From Eledone cirrhosa (taxonomy: Eukaryota), in the NCBI GenBank assembly GCA_964016885.1, contig OZ024744.1, positions 73,408,001-73,472,000 on the forward strand: 64,000 nucleotides of DNA. Reading direction: 5' to 3'. The position numbers and the translations under genes were made by a program. Below the pieces are notes generated by a model. That model was not told the DNA's origin and made no database searches. It saw only the letters and a program-made list of their open reading frames with translations. This document shows, in pieces, positions 41,441-55,140 of the stretch (position 1 is the first letter of the stretch; the number at the start of each line of letters is the position of its first letter).

Positions 41441-41499
41441 AATAATAATGATAATTATATAACAACACTGAGTTACCACTGCCGCTACTACTACTACCT

Positions 41500-41535
<36 letters not shown>

Positions 41536-41554
41536 CTGCTGCTGATGATGATGA

Positions 41555-41609
<55 letters not shown>

Positions 41610-41773
41610 GCTACTACTACTACTACTCCTGCTGCTGATGATGATACTACTACTATTACTACTACTACTACTACTACTACTGCCACCACCACCACCACCA
41701 TCACTACTACTACTACAACTACTACTGCTACTACTACTATTATTACTACTACTGCTACTACTACTACTGGTGA

Positions 41774-41827
<54 letters not shown>

Positions 41828-41921
41828 CCCCACCATCCCTACCACCAGCATCACCACCACCACCACTACTACTACTGCTGCTGCTCCTGCTGCTGCTGCT
41901 GCTATTATAATAATAACAATA

Positions 41922-42090
41922 AAAATTGTTTCTACGTTAGGCACAAGGCCAGCAATTATTCCAGTGCATTACTGGTACTTTATTTTATCGACCCCGTAAG
42001 GATGAAAGACATAGTTAACCTTAGACCGTAAAGGGACGTAACTATGCTGCAAAGCATGGCGTCCGACCCTCTACCGATACTGCCAATCCA
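41922..42090 (-). mobile_element. tRNA-derived SINE, head-to-head with a truncated plus-strand copy
   Basis: Family body on the minus strand. A plus-strand copy begins at ~42093. Confidence 0.8.
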
Positions 42091-42134
42091 TCTTCCCGCC
42101 GAGGTTTACTTTGTCTTTCATACTTACGGGGGTC

Positions 42135-42741
42135 GATAAAATAAAGTACCAGTAATTGCACAGGAGTAATTGCTGGCCTTGTGCCTAAAGTAGAAACAAT
42201 TAATATTATTAGATAAAATAAAGTACCAGTAATTGCGCAGAAGTAATTGCTGGCCTTGTGCCTAAAGTAGAAACAATTAATATTATTAGATAAAATAAAG
42301 TACCAGTAATTGCACAGGAGTAATTGCTGGCCTTGTGCCAAAAAGTAGAAACAATTAATATTATTAGATAAAATAAAGTACCAGTAATTGCACAGGAGTA
42401 ATTGCTGGCCTTGTGCCTAAAGTAGAAACAATTAATATTATTAGATAAAATAAAGTACCAGTAATTGCGCAGAAGTAATTGCTGGCCTTGTGCCTAAAGT
42501 AGAAACAATTAATATTATTAGATAAAATAAAGTACCAGTAATTGCACAGGAGTAATTGCTGGCCTTGTGCCTAAAGTAGAAACAATTAATATTATTAGAT
42601 AAAATAAAGTACCAGTAATTGCACAGGAGTAATTGCTGGCCTTGTGCCTAAAGTAGAAACAATTAATATTATTAGATAAAATAAAGTACCAGTAATTGCA
42701 CAGGAGTAATTGCTGGCCTTGTGCCTAAAGTAGAAACAATT
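42135..42741 (+). repeat. Tandem array, 8 x ~77 bp, of the SINE 3' end
   Basis: Units gataaaataaagtaccagtaattgc..gccttgtgcctaaagtagaaacaattaatattatta start at 42135, 42212, 42289, 42367, 42444, 42521, 42598 and 42675. Confidence 0.95.
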
Positions 42742-43268
42742 ATTTCCCTATTCATGTGTGCAGCCACTGCAACCACTGCAACCACCATTACGACTTAAAC
42801 CATCACATCCCTACCAAAGTACCACGTTATTTCATCTCTTCCTTCACCACCCTAACCATCAACATGACTAAACATCATCATCATCATCATCATCATCGCC
42901 ATCGTCGCCATCGTCATAGTCATCACCACGATCATCATCATCATCATCGCCATCGTCATCCTCCGAACCATCATCATCATCATCATCATCATCACCATAA
43001 TAATTAACATCGCTATCGTCGTCACCGTCAGCCTCATCATCATCATCATCATTATTATCAAGATTAACATCATCATCATCATCGTCAATATCATGATGAT
43101 GATGATGATGATGATCATCATCATCATCATTGCTATCATCATGATCATCATCAACATCATCCTCATGACCATCATAAACATAATTCTGTCATCATCATCA
43201 TCGTCACCATGATCATGATGACGATGATGATGATTATGATGAGAATGATGATGATGATGACGATGATA

Positions 43269-43300
<32 letters not shown>

Positions 43301-43387
43301 CATCATCATCATCATCATCATCACCATTACCATCATAAATATAATCCTCATCAGCATCATCATCATTATCACCATCATCATCTTTAT

Positions 43388-43429
<42 letters not shown>

Positions 43430-46016
43430 CATTATATAAACCATGACCAAAAAAACCCATCGCAACTCCCTAACATTGGCCCCTATACAGCATACATACA
43501 CACACATACACACGCATACACACACATTTACGCACACATACACATACACATACGCACACATACGGTTTTAACTACAATCCGAATTGCAGTAATGTCCCTC
43601 AAATATGCATATCTACACCTCCCATCCATTCTGCTTGAACCGCCATCGCCACCCTCACAATCACCACCACCACCATCGCCACCATCACAATCACCACCAC
43701 CACAACCACCACCACCAACAGCGTCACCATCACAATCACTATCGCCACCATCACAATCACCATCACCACCACCGCCATCGCCACCATCACAATCACCATG
43801 ACTACCAGCACCATCGCCACCATCAGAATCACCATCACCGCCACCACTAGCGCCACCATCACCAGCATCACCACCATCATAATCACCATCACCACCACCA
43901 CCAACTACAACAACAACAACAACAACAGTACCACCATCACCACCATCACCACCACCACCACCGCCACCGCCTCTATCGCCATAATCCAACAACACTCCCA
44001 ACCACCATTACACCACCACACCACCACTACCAACATCAGTAACACACCCAATCATTATCACTCTTATCACTTCCACCACCATCACCGCAAGCAACTCAAA
44101 CGACACCACCACAATCAAAACGATGGCCACGATCCCCACCACCACCACCACCACCACCACCACCACCACCACCACCACCACCACAACCTCTAACAACAAC
44201 AACAGCAACACTAACAATTTCAACATACCACAACCACCACTTTTAATTACTACCCACACTACAATTGTTATAACTACCGGCGCTGATATAAACAAGCATC
44301 ATCACCAACAACAGTTACTGCTAGCCAGTATATAGAAAGAAATGACGTGATGGTCACGTCCGGAATGCTTTTGATCATATGTCTGTTCCATTCCATCTGG
44401 GACTGATCTACTGTGTTGGGTGTGGTTAGGCGAAGAAATATAAGCTGCAAAACTACACAAACAGTACTGTAAGCTCAGTTCTGGCATTATTAACACCATC
44501 TCCACACCCTCCACTTCCTCCTCTACTCTTACCACCACCACCACCAAACCACCACATCCAGCACCACTACCAGCACCACTACCACCACCACCACCACCAC
44601 CACTACCACCACCACCACCACTACCACCACCAACACCACCACCACCACCATCATCACCACCACTACCACCAACACCACTACCACCACTATCACTACCACT
44701 ACCACTACCACCACCACCACTACCATCACCACCACTACCATCACCACCACCACCACCACAACTACCACCAACACCACCAGCACCACCAGCACCACCACCA
44801 CCACCACAACTACCACCTTCACCATCACCACCATCATCATCACCACAATCACCACCATCATCATCATCACCATCACCATCACCACCACAACTACCACCAT
44901 CACCATCATCATCACCATCACCACCATCATCACCACAATTCCCGCCACCATCACCACCACCACCATCATCATCATCATCACCACCATCATCGCCATCACC
45001 ATCATCATCTACGTCATCACTGTCATTATAATCATCATCATCACCACCGTCACCATCTTATATCATCACCACCATATCACCATCATCATCATCATCATCG
45101 TCATCATCATCATCACGTTCATTGTCATCAACACCACCACCACCACCACCACCACTATTACCACCACCATCATCAACACCATCATCATTATTGTCATCAC
45201 CATCACCACCACTAACACCACCATCACCACCACTAACACCATCACCACCACCACTAACACCACCACCAACATCATCATTATCATTATTATCATCATCATC
45301 ATCGTCATCATCAAAATGAACATCTTTAAAGCCAACTCCAATACTACTGCCAATACCAGCAGAAAAACAACAACAGTAACAATAACAGCAGCAATAAAAA
45401 CCGCCAACACCACCAACACAACTACAACAACAACAACCACTACAACAACAACAACAACAACAACAGCAGCAACAACAACGACAATAACAACCACTACTAC
45501 AACAACAACAATAACAACAACAATAACAGCAACAGCAGCAGCAACAACAACAACAACAACAACCACTACAACAACAACAACAACAACAACAGCAGCAGCA
45601 GCAGCAGCAACAACAACAACAACAACAGTAGCAACAATAACGAGAGTAACAGCAATAAAACCCAACAACACCACCACCACCAACAACATCACCACTACCA
45701 CTACCACCACAAATACAACAACAATAACAATAACGACAAGAACAACAACAACAACAACTACCACTTCAACCAGCGTCCCAAACCACATCTTCCTTATTAA
45801 CTCCACACCACCACCCTCACCACCACCACCACCACCACCACACCACCACTACTACCACCCACAAATCTCCCATCACCGACCACCTCCCCGGATTACGAAC
45901 AGTGTCTGACAGCTGGCTCGAATCGCTTTAGGAATCAATAAAAATCCCTCGGCAAAAGCAAGCAAGCAAGCAGCATAGAAAGATAAAGCAAGGTTAATAT
46001 ATATATATATATAAAT

Positions 46017-46068
<52 letters not shown>

Positions 46069-46080
46069 GTGTGTGTATGC

Positions 46081-46131
<51 letters not shown>

Positions 46132-46169
46132 TATTGTATACATACATAAATATATATATATAATTAATA

Positions 46170-46214
<45 letters not shown>

Positions 46215-46390
46215 AATATATACATATATACAATATATATATATACATGTATGTATATATATATATATATTCCTATACGCACACAATATATATACATGTA
46301 TATACATATACATGTATATACATATACATATACATGTATATACATATACATATATATATATATATATATATATGTACTTGTGTATGTTTG

Positions 46391-46422
<32 letters not shown>

Positions 46423-46480
46423 TATGTATATATATATATATGTATATTTATATATATATACATATATATACTTATATATA

Positions 46481-46567
<87 letters not shown>

Positions 46568-46644
46568 ATATACATATATATACATATATATACATATATC
46601 TATATCTCCCTCTCTCTCTATATATATATATGACAAATAAGTAC

Positions 46645-46732
<88 letters not shown>

Positions 46733-47148
46733 ACTTGTGTATGTATGTATATATGTATGTAGGCATATATGTATGTATACATATATATATATACATATAT
46801 ATGTGCATATATATATATATACATACATACGTGCATACATATATAGTAGTATGCATTAATGTATGAATATCTATATAAATATATAAATATATAAATATAT
46901 GACATACGTGAGTGAAGAGGAATCTAGAATTGAGAGTTTGAGAAAGTATGACAAATAACACAGGAGATAGAGTTAAAGGTAAAATTGAGATAAATTGTAA
47001 AGTAAAAGTACATATATAAACGAAAGGTAGAGTATAGTGGCTACGTCTATCAAGTACATCAACAAATTACGTACACACACATGCACACACTCATACCGTA
47101 TACACATACGCACATACTCACAAACACATATAATATATATGAATATAT

Positions 47149-47196
<48 letters not shown>

Positions 47197-47212
47197 ATAT
47201 ATATATAATATA

Positions 47213-47595
47213 ACATCGAATGATGGTTAAAAGAGTTCCATCTATTTTATTATGCGCATTTCAAAAACAAATATCATCATGGGATGATATTTGCGTTCTC
47301 ATCAGATAAAATAGGGAGACATGGTATGAAGCTTAAAAAACACTTGCGAGCAGTGAAGTGTTAAATCAACATATGTTTTTTAAGCTTCATATCATGTCTC
47401 CCTATTTTATCTGATGAGAACGCAAATATCATCCCATGATTATATTTGTTTTTGAAATGCGCATAATAAAATACATGTAACTCTTTTAACCATCTTTTGA
47501 TTTTATATTATTTATACTCCAGCCCTATAAACTGTTGAGTGCTACTTATCTATATTTGCATTGCTTTATTGAGCTACAATAATACTCACCTCCTA
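47213..47595. mobile_element. Palindromic element with a hammerhead in each arm and a one-sided tail
   Basis: ~47215-47342 is inverted to ~47373-47500, and the tail runs to ~47595. Flanked by (TA)n. Confidence 0.88.
47403..47473 (+). ncRNA. Type I minimal hammerhead ribozyme (mirror 47243-47313 on minus strand)
   Basis: tattttat-CTGATGA-gaacgcaaatatc..atatttgttttt-GAAA-tgcgca-TA-ataaaata. 8-bp stem I, palindromic stem III, AUA triplet. Confidence 0.85.
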
Positions 47596-47668
47596 CATAT
47601 ATATATCATTGTATTCGTTGAGTAATCAACGAACCATATTAATCTTTGGATTATTAGAGCGAACATTT

Positions 47669-47712
<44 letters not shown>

Positions 47713-47716
<4 letters not shown>

Positions 47717-48175
47717 AATAAATGTAATCTGAGTTTTTCGAATATTAATAACATTCGATTCGTTTGCAATTATGTAAACAAGCCTCACTTTTATAGCCAT
47801 GTCAGTAGAATGAACTCTTCATTTTTGCTCTTGTATTGGCATGTAAACAGAACTGCAGTCACTAATGTTTCTGGGTATCACCCTTCATCAGTACTGTTCA
47901 CTTGCCAACTGTCATAGCTAGTGAAAATATATGCTCTTTTCGAAAATACACAGTGACTGATCGGTCTTATTTGCATATTAGCAGACTGGCTGGCAGTCTG
48001 ATTTGCATATTAGCAGATCCACTGATCAGCTAGATTTGCATATCAGCAGACTGGCCAGTCAGTTTGCTATATACGAGTGATGAAGGGTGATAGCCAGAAA
48101 CATTAGTGTCTGCAGTTCTATTTACATGTCAACACTATGTTATTATTAACTTTTGAAAGACTCAGATTACATTTA
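47713..48175. mobile_element. Inverted-repeat element with hammerhead-like arms and an octamer-repeat spacer
   Basis: 47835-47890 is inverted to 48079-48132. Minus arm: CTGATGA-agggtgataccca-GAAA-cattagtg-AC. Plus arm: ..GAAA-cattagtg-TC. ATTTGCAT at 47969, 48001 and 48034. Confidence 0.7.
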
Positions 48176-48207
<32 letters not shown>

Positions 48208-48334
48208 TGTTTCTACTTTAGGCACAAGGCCAGCAATTTACACCAGTACATTACTGGTACTTTATTTTATCGACTAATAATAATAATAAAATGTGGAGAA
48301 GGAGCACACGAGTTCGAATATATATATATATATA

Positions 48335-49193
48335 CTAGCTGAGGTACCCAGCTTCGCCCGGGTAAACAGATGATAAGAGAAGACAGGTAAAAGAGAAAAT
48401 GACTGTATTGGATGTTTGTCTGGTTACAGTATGAGGCGAGTCCGTGGTGTCTGTGTGATACAGAAAACAGTAAAAAAAATCTTCCTGATATACCAGATTC
48501 TTCGTTGTACTGTTTGTGCATAGTATATGAACAATTCTAGGTGCTCACACCTAGAATAGTGACCTCTAGGAGATGGTTCATCTTCTGCCTGACTGTAAAA
48601 CGTGTATCATTGAATAGACGTGGTTGTTCCACGTTTCTCAAAAGGATGATGGAAGTTCCAATCTTTTATATTATATGAAGATATATATAGATAATTAATA
48701 TAAAAGATGACGCTCAGCCAGTTCGTCTTCAACCATCGCAACACGCCGTCGCTGCTTGGCTCCAGTGTTTCGTTGACGTTGTTCAGCCAGCTCCTCTTCA
48801 TTCATGGCGGCACGTCTTCGCCTCTGAAGTTCAGCGTTCCGATGGCGCTGTTTGGCCCGATTTTCTTCATTCCTGGCTGCACGCCGTCGCCACTGTAGTT
48901 CACTGTTTGATAAAGTCCAATTGCTTTTACTTTCTATGGAACGCTGCACGCACACACACACACACACATAAACATACGCGTACGTACATACACACTCACA
49001 CATGGTAATAGTTACAGCGTTCACTTTGCCTCTCTGTTTCTTACTCTCCCCTCTCACTCCCTCAATGGCATTATGCATATTAATTTAAGTTTGGCGTCGT
49101 TGAGGTGGGCGGAGTCGTTTGAAACCTATGAACCAATGATAATTGAGAATTATGACACACGGAATAATGACATTGTTGAAATTAATATATAGA
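48335..49193 (-). mobile_element. Non-autonomous (internally deleted) Helitron
   Basis: Minus strand starts TCTATATATT and ends with hairpin cccgggcgaagctggg + CTAG, inserted A|T. It retains an R/E/Q-rich repeat peptide (QRRRRAAMNEEELAEQRQR) reminiscent of RepHel N-termini. Confidence 0.75.
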
Positions 49194-49194
49194 T

Positions 49195-49579
49195 ATACGA
49201 AAATAGGGAGAAAAAGACGATTATTAGGAAGAAAAATATTTTTTTTTCTTTTTTATTTTTTTCTCTTTTTTTCTGGGTTAGAAAATGTTTAAAACAAAAT
49301 ATTTTACTTTGTGCGAAGTGTTAAGGTATTAGTTAATTTATTTATTAATTAACAATGGCATTTATTTATTAATTTATTTATTTATATATTTAATAATTAA
49401 TATATAATTAAATAAATAAACGCCATTGTTAATTAATAAATAAATTAACTAATACGTTAACACTTCACACAAAGTAAAATATTTTCTTTTAAACATTTTC
49501 TAACCCTGAAAAAAGGGAAAAAAATAAAAAGGAAAAAAATATTTTTCTTCCTAATAATCGCCTTTTTCTCCCTATTTTC

Positions 49580-49580
<1 letters not shown>
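49195..49580. repeat. AT-rich ~385-bp imperfect palindrome beside (TA)n
   Basis: 49199-49360 is inverted to 49421-49580. Confidence 0.85.
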
Positions 49581-49652
<72 letters not shown>

Positions 49653-49814
49653 TGCTATTGAGTGCTATTATAGCCTTGGCCAATAACTGGCCGAAACCTA
49701 TCAAAGTTATCAAACTTATATATATATGTAAAAGGTAAACAGAAATAACAACACAATCGGTACAGTATATGGAAGGAATATAATAGGCTGACGCTTGAGA
49801 TAGCAGGAAGAGGG

Positions 49815-49850
49815 TCTTAACGTTTCGGACGCTAGTCCTTCATCAGAAGA
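49815..49850 (-). ncRNA. Minimal hammerhead lacking stem III (AACGTT palindrome)
   Basis: tctt-CTGATGA-a-ggac-tagc-gtcc-GAAA-cg-TT-aaga. A similar motif lies at 50906-50941 (minus). Confidence 0.75.
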
Positions 49851-50263
49851 AAGAGTGAGAACTAAGATAGATTGATGGGACGGGCGGAGTGGAATTGGAA
49901 AAAATGTCTTTAGATGAAAATAACAGGTCCAATCATGTTGACATCTCTTGGAAATCTATTGATGCTGGCGTTTTGTGTATAATTTATTGTTTTAGGAAAA
50001 TGGATGATCGAGCGCGTCTACCTGAAATGGAAAACATACCGTTTTGGAAATATATATAAATTTAGAAGAAACATGGTGCTGTGAGGTTACTGATAACGTG
50101 TATTTAGAAATAAAAAGAAAGCACAAACAAGAGACAGGTCACTTCTTTAGTTGTCTGCTGGGGGTCTCGGACGTTTCAACGCATTAAAGACAACATATAC
50201 ATTCTTGGGATAGTAGTCTGGAATTAACTGATGAAACGGTAAGAGCTCAGTCGTTGGGCCCTG

Positions 50264-50337
<74 letters not shown>

Positions 50338-50342
<5 letters not shown>

Positions 50343-50672
50343 AAAAAGAGATGAAATCAAAAATGCAACTGAAGTCTTATTTTTTAAAAAAATATATATA
50401 TTTATTTGGTTCCTTTACCGGTTTCGCAGTTCTTCTGCTTTTCAAAAGGTGAGTTGAGATGGAGGGTCTGTGGTTTTTCTCACAGACCCTCCATCTCAAC
50501 TCACCTTTTGAAAAGCAGAAGAACTGCGAAACCGGTAAAGGAACCAAATAAATATATATATTTAAACAAAAAATAAGACTTCAGTTGCATTTTCGATTTC
50601 ATCTCTTTTTCTTTATACTTTCACTCGTGTAGGACACCTCGGTTATTTTTCATTTTGTAAAAAAAACCTCAC

Positions 50673-50678
<6 letters not shown>
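50338..50678. mobile_element. Palindromic element with a U3-A8 hammerhead in each arm and a one-sided tail
   Basis: 50338-50472 is inverted to 50481-50616, with tail 50617-50678. (TA)n on both sides. Confidence 0.9.
50504..50541 (+). ncRNA. Minimal hammerhead, U3-A8 core variant (mirror 50412-50449 on minus strand)
   Basis: cctt-TTGAAAA-gcag-aagaa-ctgc-GAAA-ccgg-TA-aagg, with a GUA triplet. Confidence 0.75.
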
Positions 50679-50727
<49 letters not shown>

Positions 50728-51570
50728 CTCATCATTTGGTGAAGTGTTTCAAATCGTGCTTCATACCACAGTCACAGTTTTGAAACATATCCAGGTGCAG
50801 GAAACTTAACTGGAATATCTTGAAGGAATTTGTCCATGGACCTTTGGTACACTATTAAAGGATGCAGAGCCGGTTTAGGTCAAATAGCTGTTAATTAACA
50901 TAAATAATAAACGTTTCGGACACTAGACCTTCATCAGAAGATATAGTTAGAAATAGAAGATAAATAGAAAGTAAAGAGGGATGACAAAAAAAGGAGGCGG
51001 AAAATGAGAAAAAGAAATTGGCGAGAAAAATCACGTGCGTATTCAGTCGTCCATCTTGAATATATATATATGAGCTTTTTTAAAACCTATCATATTAATA
51101 GACTTGCACAGCTCTGTCTGTCTTCCTTTAATCTCCTTCCTACTTTTTCTACACCTCATTATAATTCCGCTTTGTCTAAACGTTGGACTTGTAGTTCTTA
51201 TTCCTTCCTATTTTTCTCTTTCTTTTTTTCTTTCTATATATAGTTTCTCCTTTGGCTAAGTATTGCACCGTTTCCTTTCCATTTCATTTTTCCTTCCTTC
51301 TTAATTTCACTTTTGGTTAGTAGTATATTTTTCTATTATCATCTTTACTTGTGTAACGTATCGACACGTATAACTTATCTTGTCTTTGTTTCTGCCTGTT
51401 TTGTTCCGTCCTAACAAAATGTGTCACTGGAATGAAGACTATCAACCTTAATGAATTGTAACTGGAGTGATTTTCAGAGGTTGACTGAGGGGATGAGTTT
51501 TTCCGTTGTTTTTTTTTTGTCCTGTTTCCCTCGCCACACTATTTTGAAATATATATATATATATATATAT

Positions 51571-51793
51571 AGAATAAGTAAAAGCGAAGTAGTTTCAGAT
51601 GTTCAAGTCCTTTAATAATAATGCTGTGATATATTATTATTAAAGGACTTTAATAATAATGCTGTGATGCATTATTATTAAAGGACTTGAACATCTGAAA
51701 CTACTTCGCTTTTACTTATTCGATATTTACTCCGTCACTCCTATGTGGAAAAAGTACGTTGAGTGCTTGAATTGAATTGCATCAATGTTTACC

Positions 51794-51797
<4 letters not shown>
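51571..51797. repeat. Palindromic element with a duplicated hairpin centre and a one-sided tail
   Basis: 51572-51623 is inverted to 51669-51721. The central segment is duplicated and the tail runs to 51797. Confidence 0.85.
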
Positions 51798-51875
<78 letters not shown>

Positions 51876-51880
<5 letters not shown>

Positions 51881-53021
51881 AGTAATGTTGTTTGGATGCG
51901 TCCATAGGCGGTATGCCGGTTGAGCACTCTATGCTCCTTCAGAGCAGAGTATGATAATATGGAAAACGAAGAATCAGTGATGCATCGGAACACAATTTAT
52001 TACGTACTACAATTGTTTCTCCGGCGAACAGCTCGAGGTGCGATTTGTTTGTGGATCGAACCTGACTCTGGAATCGCAAGTTCCTCAGATACGTCTAGTG
52101 ATTTCGAAGCAAATCCTCTTCCTGCTGGGCTCCGACCCTTCGAATTTATATCATCTGCCATCATCCTGTTTGCGAGGCACTCTCATTGGTTGATAGTTTA
52201 GGACGTCATCTTTGTGTATTACCATTCAAATCTGCCCACTGACCATTTCCATTCAGGCGTGAGCTGTCACCCACCCCAATCAAGTCGCCAGAAATCACTG
52301 CTGTGTGTAGGGGAGGTTTTATAAACTCTCTTGCCCTTTCCTGGCTTGCCCGTCTCCCTACACATATACACCCACACGCACGTCTGTTCACACATACACA
52401 GACATTCCGAGCTACTAATCGTAAACTTATCTGTGCGGGGACACACACACACGCACACATATAGAGTTTACGTGATTGCGTTCACACATGTAGATACATA
52501 TATTCACCTCTCATATATAGGTACATTCATACACAGACATACGCACACACGTACACATAGGGCACCCACATATTTTTACATATATGCACACCCATACATT
52601 CATACACGTACATATACACGCGCGTACATATGCAGTCAGTCAGGCCTACTCATAGACACACACACATATATATATATGTGTATGCACACGCACGTACACA
52701 CATATATACACACGTGTGTACATATACATACACAGACACATATATATATATATTTACACACACACATATATATATATACGCACTCACACACAGACACACA
52801 TCCACACACACATGTACGCACACATATGAATATAAATGTGCAAACAGGATGATGGCAGATGATATAAATTCGAAGGGTCGGAGCCCAGCAGAAAGAGAAT
52901 TTGCTTTGAAATCACTAGACGTATCTGAGGAACTTGCGAATCCACAAACAGATCGCACCTCGAGCTGTTCGCCGGAGAAACAATTGTAGTACGAAATATT
53001 TGTTCCGATGCATCACTGATT

Positions 53022-53030
<9 letters not shown>
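51876..53030. mobile_element. Inverted-repeat element (~200-bp arms) with a one-sided tail
   Basis: 51965-52173 is inverted to 52840-53029, with tail 51876-51964. The interior has unique sequence plus (CA/TA)n. Confidence 0.75.
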
Positions 53031-53114
<84 letters not shown>

Positions 53115-53136
53115 GTTTATCCCGGGTTCAATCGGG

Positions 53137-53187
53137 GGCTTCCTGATGAGTTCTCCCGAATGAAACAGTTCTAGTCCTATAGAAGCC
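53137..53187 (+). ncRNA. Hammerhead-like motif in a ~75-bp island between (TA)n tracts
   Basis: ggcttc-CTGATGA-gttc-tccc-gaat-GAAA-cag..cta-TA-gaagcc. 6-bp stem I, with one mismatch at the base of stem III. Confidence 0.7.
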
Positions 53188-53218
<31 letters not shown>

Positions 53219-53304
53219 GTAATAATAATAAATTTGAAGACTAAAATCCAAAGAGGGCTTGATAAGGATAAATATATATCAGATATATAAGAACCGTAGA
53301 GCAA

Positions 53305-53785
53305 AATAACATATTAAAGTTTAAGCAAAGAATCGCTGCTTTCACCCTTAACGAGATCTTATGAAACTAAAAAAAGGCAATCTGTGAACGCAGAAGTAAA
53401 TATTTCAATAAACGTTGCAACTGAAGGAAGACAGGAAGACGATACTTTGGTTCGTGGAAACGTTCGCTGGCAAAGAACGAAAAGAAAGGAAGATAATACG
53501 TCATTATTTGGTTCAGTGAGGTTAACTTTGCAAAATCCCGCCGAGGTTAACTTTGCCTTTCATCCTTACGGGGTCGATAAAATAAAGTACCAGTAATGTA
53601 CTAGGTAATTTGCTGGCCTTGTGCCAAAAGTAGAAACAGTTATTTGGTTCAGTGAAAACCATTACACGTGAAGACAAAACCACGTTTATGGTATAAATGA
53701 AGTCGTAGACTAATATTCTATTAGAAGATCCCGTTAAGAGTGAGAGCAGCGATTCTTTGCTTAAACTTTAATCTGTTATTTTAAT
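53305..53785. mobile_element. Inverted-repeat element (family of 28100-28270) containing a SINE fragment
   Basis: 53313-53360 is inverted to 53723-53772. SINE 3' half at 53515-53640. Confidence 0.75.
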
Positions 53786-54095
53786 ATATATATATATATA
53801 TGAGTGTGTGTGTGTGTGTGCGCGCGTGCGTGTGTAGTTGTGTGTGTTGGTGCGTGTGTATGAGTCTGTGCACGCGCACACACATGCACATACCCATGTA
53901 TGTACGCACGCACACACACACACATATATATAAATGAGCATATGAACGCGTATACTTTAAGTTTATTATGCATAATATATGCATAATAAACATATATTCG
54001 TCTCATTATCACTGATTTAATCTGTGATCATGTCACCATTATCATAAATCACACTATGTTACTGCTATAACTAATATGTGTGTGTGTGTGTGTGC

Positions 54096-54136
<41 letters not shown>

Positions 54137-55140
54137 GAGAGAGAGGGAGAGAGAATGAGAAAGAGAAAATAAGAAAGAGAAAAAAGCCATTATGTCCCTT
54201 ATTTATAATACATCGGAACTCAGTGCCAAATGCAGCTTATATAAACACATCCCTAGACGATAAATATTACCTGTTCTCAGGACCAATGCCAGACTATCTG
54301 GCACCTTAGGCAAGGTTAGATTCTGGCGCCACTCACCCGCAAGGAAAATATCAATTTCAAGATTTATTTGTACCTGTATGAAATAAACCAGGAAAAAAAA
54401 CAATCCTCGATAAAATCTAAAATTTATTTATTTATTTTCCAAAATTGTTGTTGTTTTGAAAAAATGAGCCCCCTGAAATTAGCGCCCTATGCGGCTGCCT
54501 AGTTTGCCTATATGGTATCGCCATACCTATTGCCCCTTGAGCATCCTGCCTCTCGAATACTGTGCTATATAGACTTACCCTCGCACCACATGGTGGTATC
54601 TAGAGGAACCATATAGGTCAACAACTAATGATTTCCAGGCATATAGCCAGCATTTAGCCTCTATGAAGTGCAGGACCAGGCAAGAATTTATTCCCTTGTC
54701 ACATTTAATATGAAGGCTCCCTGACCAAGGAAATAACATCCTCAGCATTCAATGGAGCAGTCTGTATAGGGCACTCTGTTATCATCCCGGAGTTCGCAAC
54801 TGCCAACTTTACCGCTGTGAGAGATTGTATAATATGCAGCGATCAGGGATAATAGTTAACAATAAACTAGACACCATATTTTGCTGTCACTGGAGAAACT
54901 CCCTGTTAGAAAGTTTCAAAGTACTGGCACCACATATTCCGAAAAACAAACAAACAAACAAACAAACAAACAAACAAATAAACAAAAATAGTTAACCTTC
55001 ATCTGGCCAATATTGATATATCAGGATGGATATCTCTTATTATCAAACCCCAGAATATAAAAGAACGCCAGCATGAAATCTCATCAATACAAAATATATA
55101 CCCAATGAAAGACTGAATTTTCCCACCAATCACACGCCAG

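Larger units (their letters stand above)
41480..45850. repeat. Compound trinucleotide microsatellite region, (CTA)n/(CAT)n/(CAC)n/(CAA)n/(CAG)n, with embedded SINEs
   Basis: Direct reading. The poly-V, -T, -H and -M ORFs derive from it. Confidence 0.95.

Noticed and set aside
42135-42741. CRISPR-like array
   Set aside because: The units are identical end to end with no unique spacers, they are SINE-derived, and the context is eukaryotic.
44302-44547. 81-aa ORF in the unique island between trinucleotide arrays
   Set aside because: It starts in repeat sequence, part of it resembles a dispersed repeat (~30160-30360), and there is no convincing donor site.
41345-45909. Poly-Val, -Thr, -His, -Met and -Gly ORFs
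   Set aside because: They derive from trinucleotide arrays with mixed frames and have no unique coding context.
52840-52930. Hammerhead in the arms of the 51876-53030 element
   Set aside because: GAAA and partial stems are present but there is no CUGANGA-like core.
53221-53305. Hammerhead in the repeat shared with 17521-17605 and 22200-22260
   Set aside because: TTGATAA/TCGATAA plus a small stem is present, but GAAA is missing in all three copies, so it is too degenerate to call.
54200-54900. Host exon or ORF 54203-54403
   Set aside because: No clean frame or splice signals. It looks like a highly decayed LINE remnant split by a small insertion and cannot be assigned confidently.
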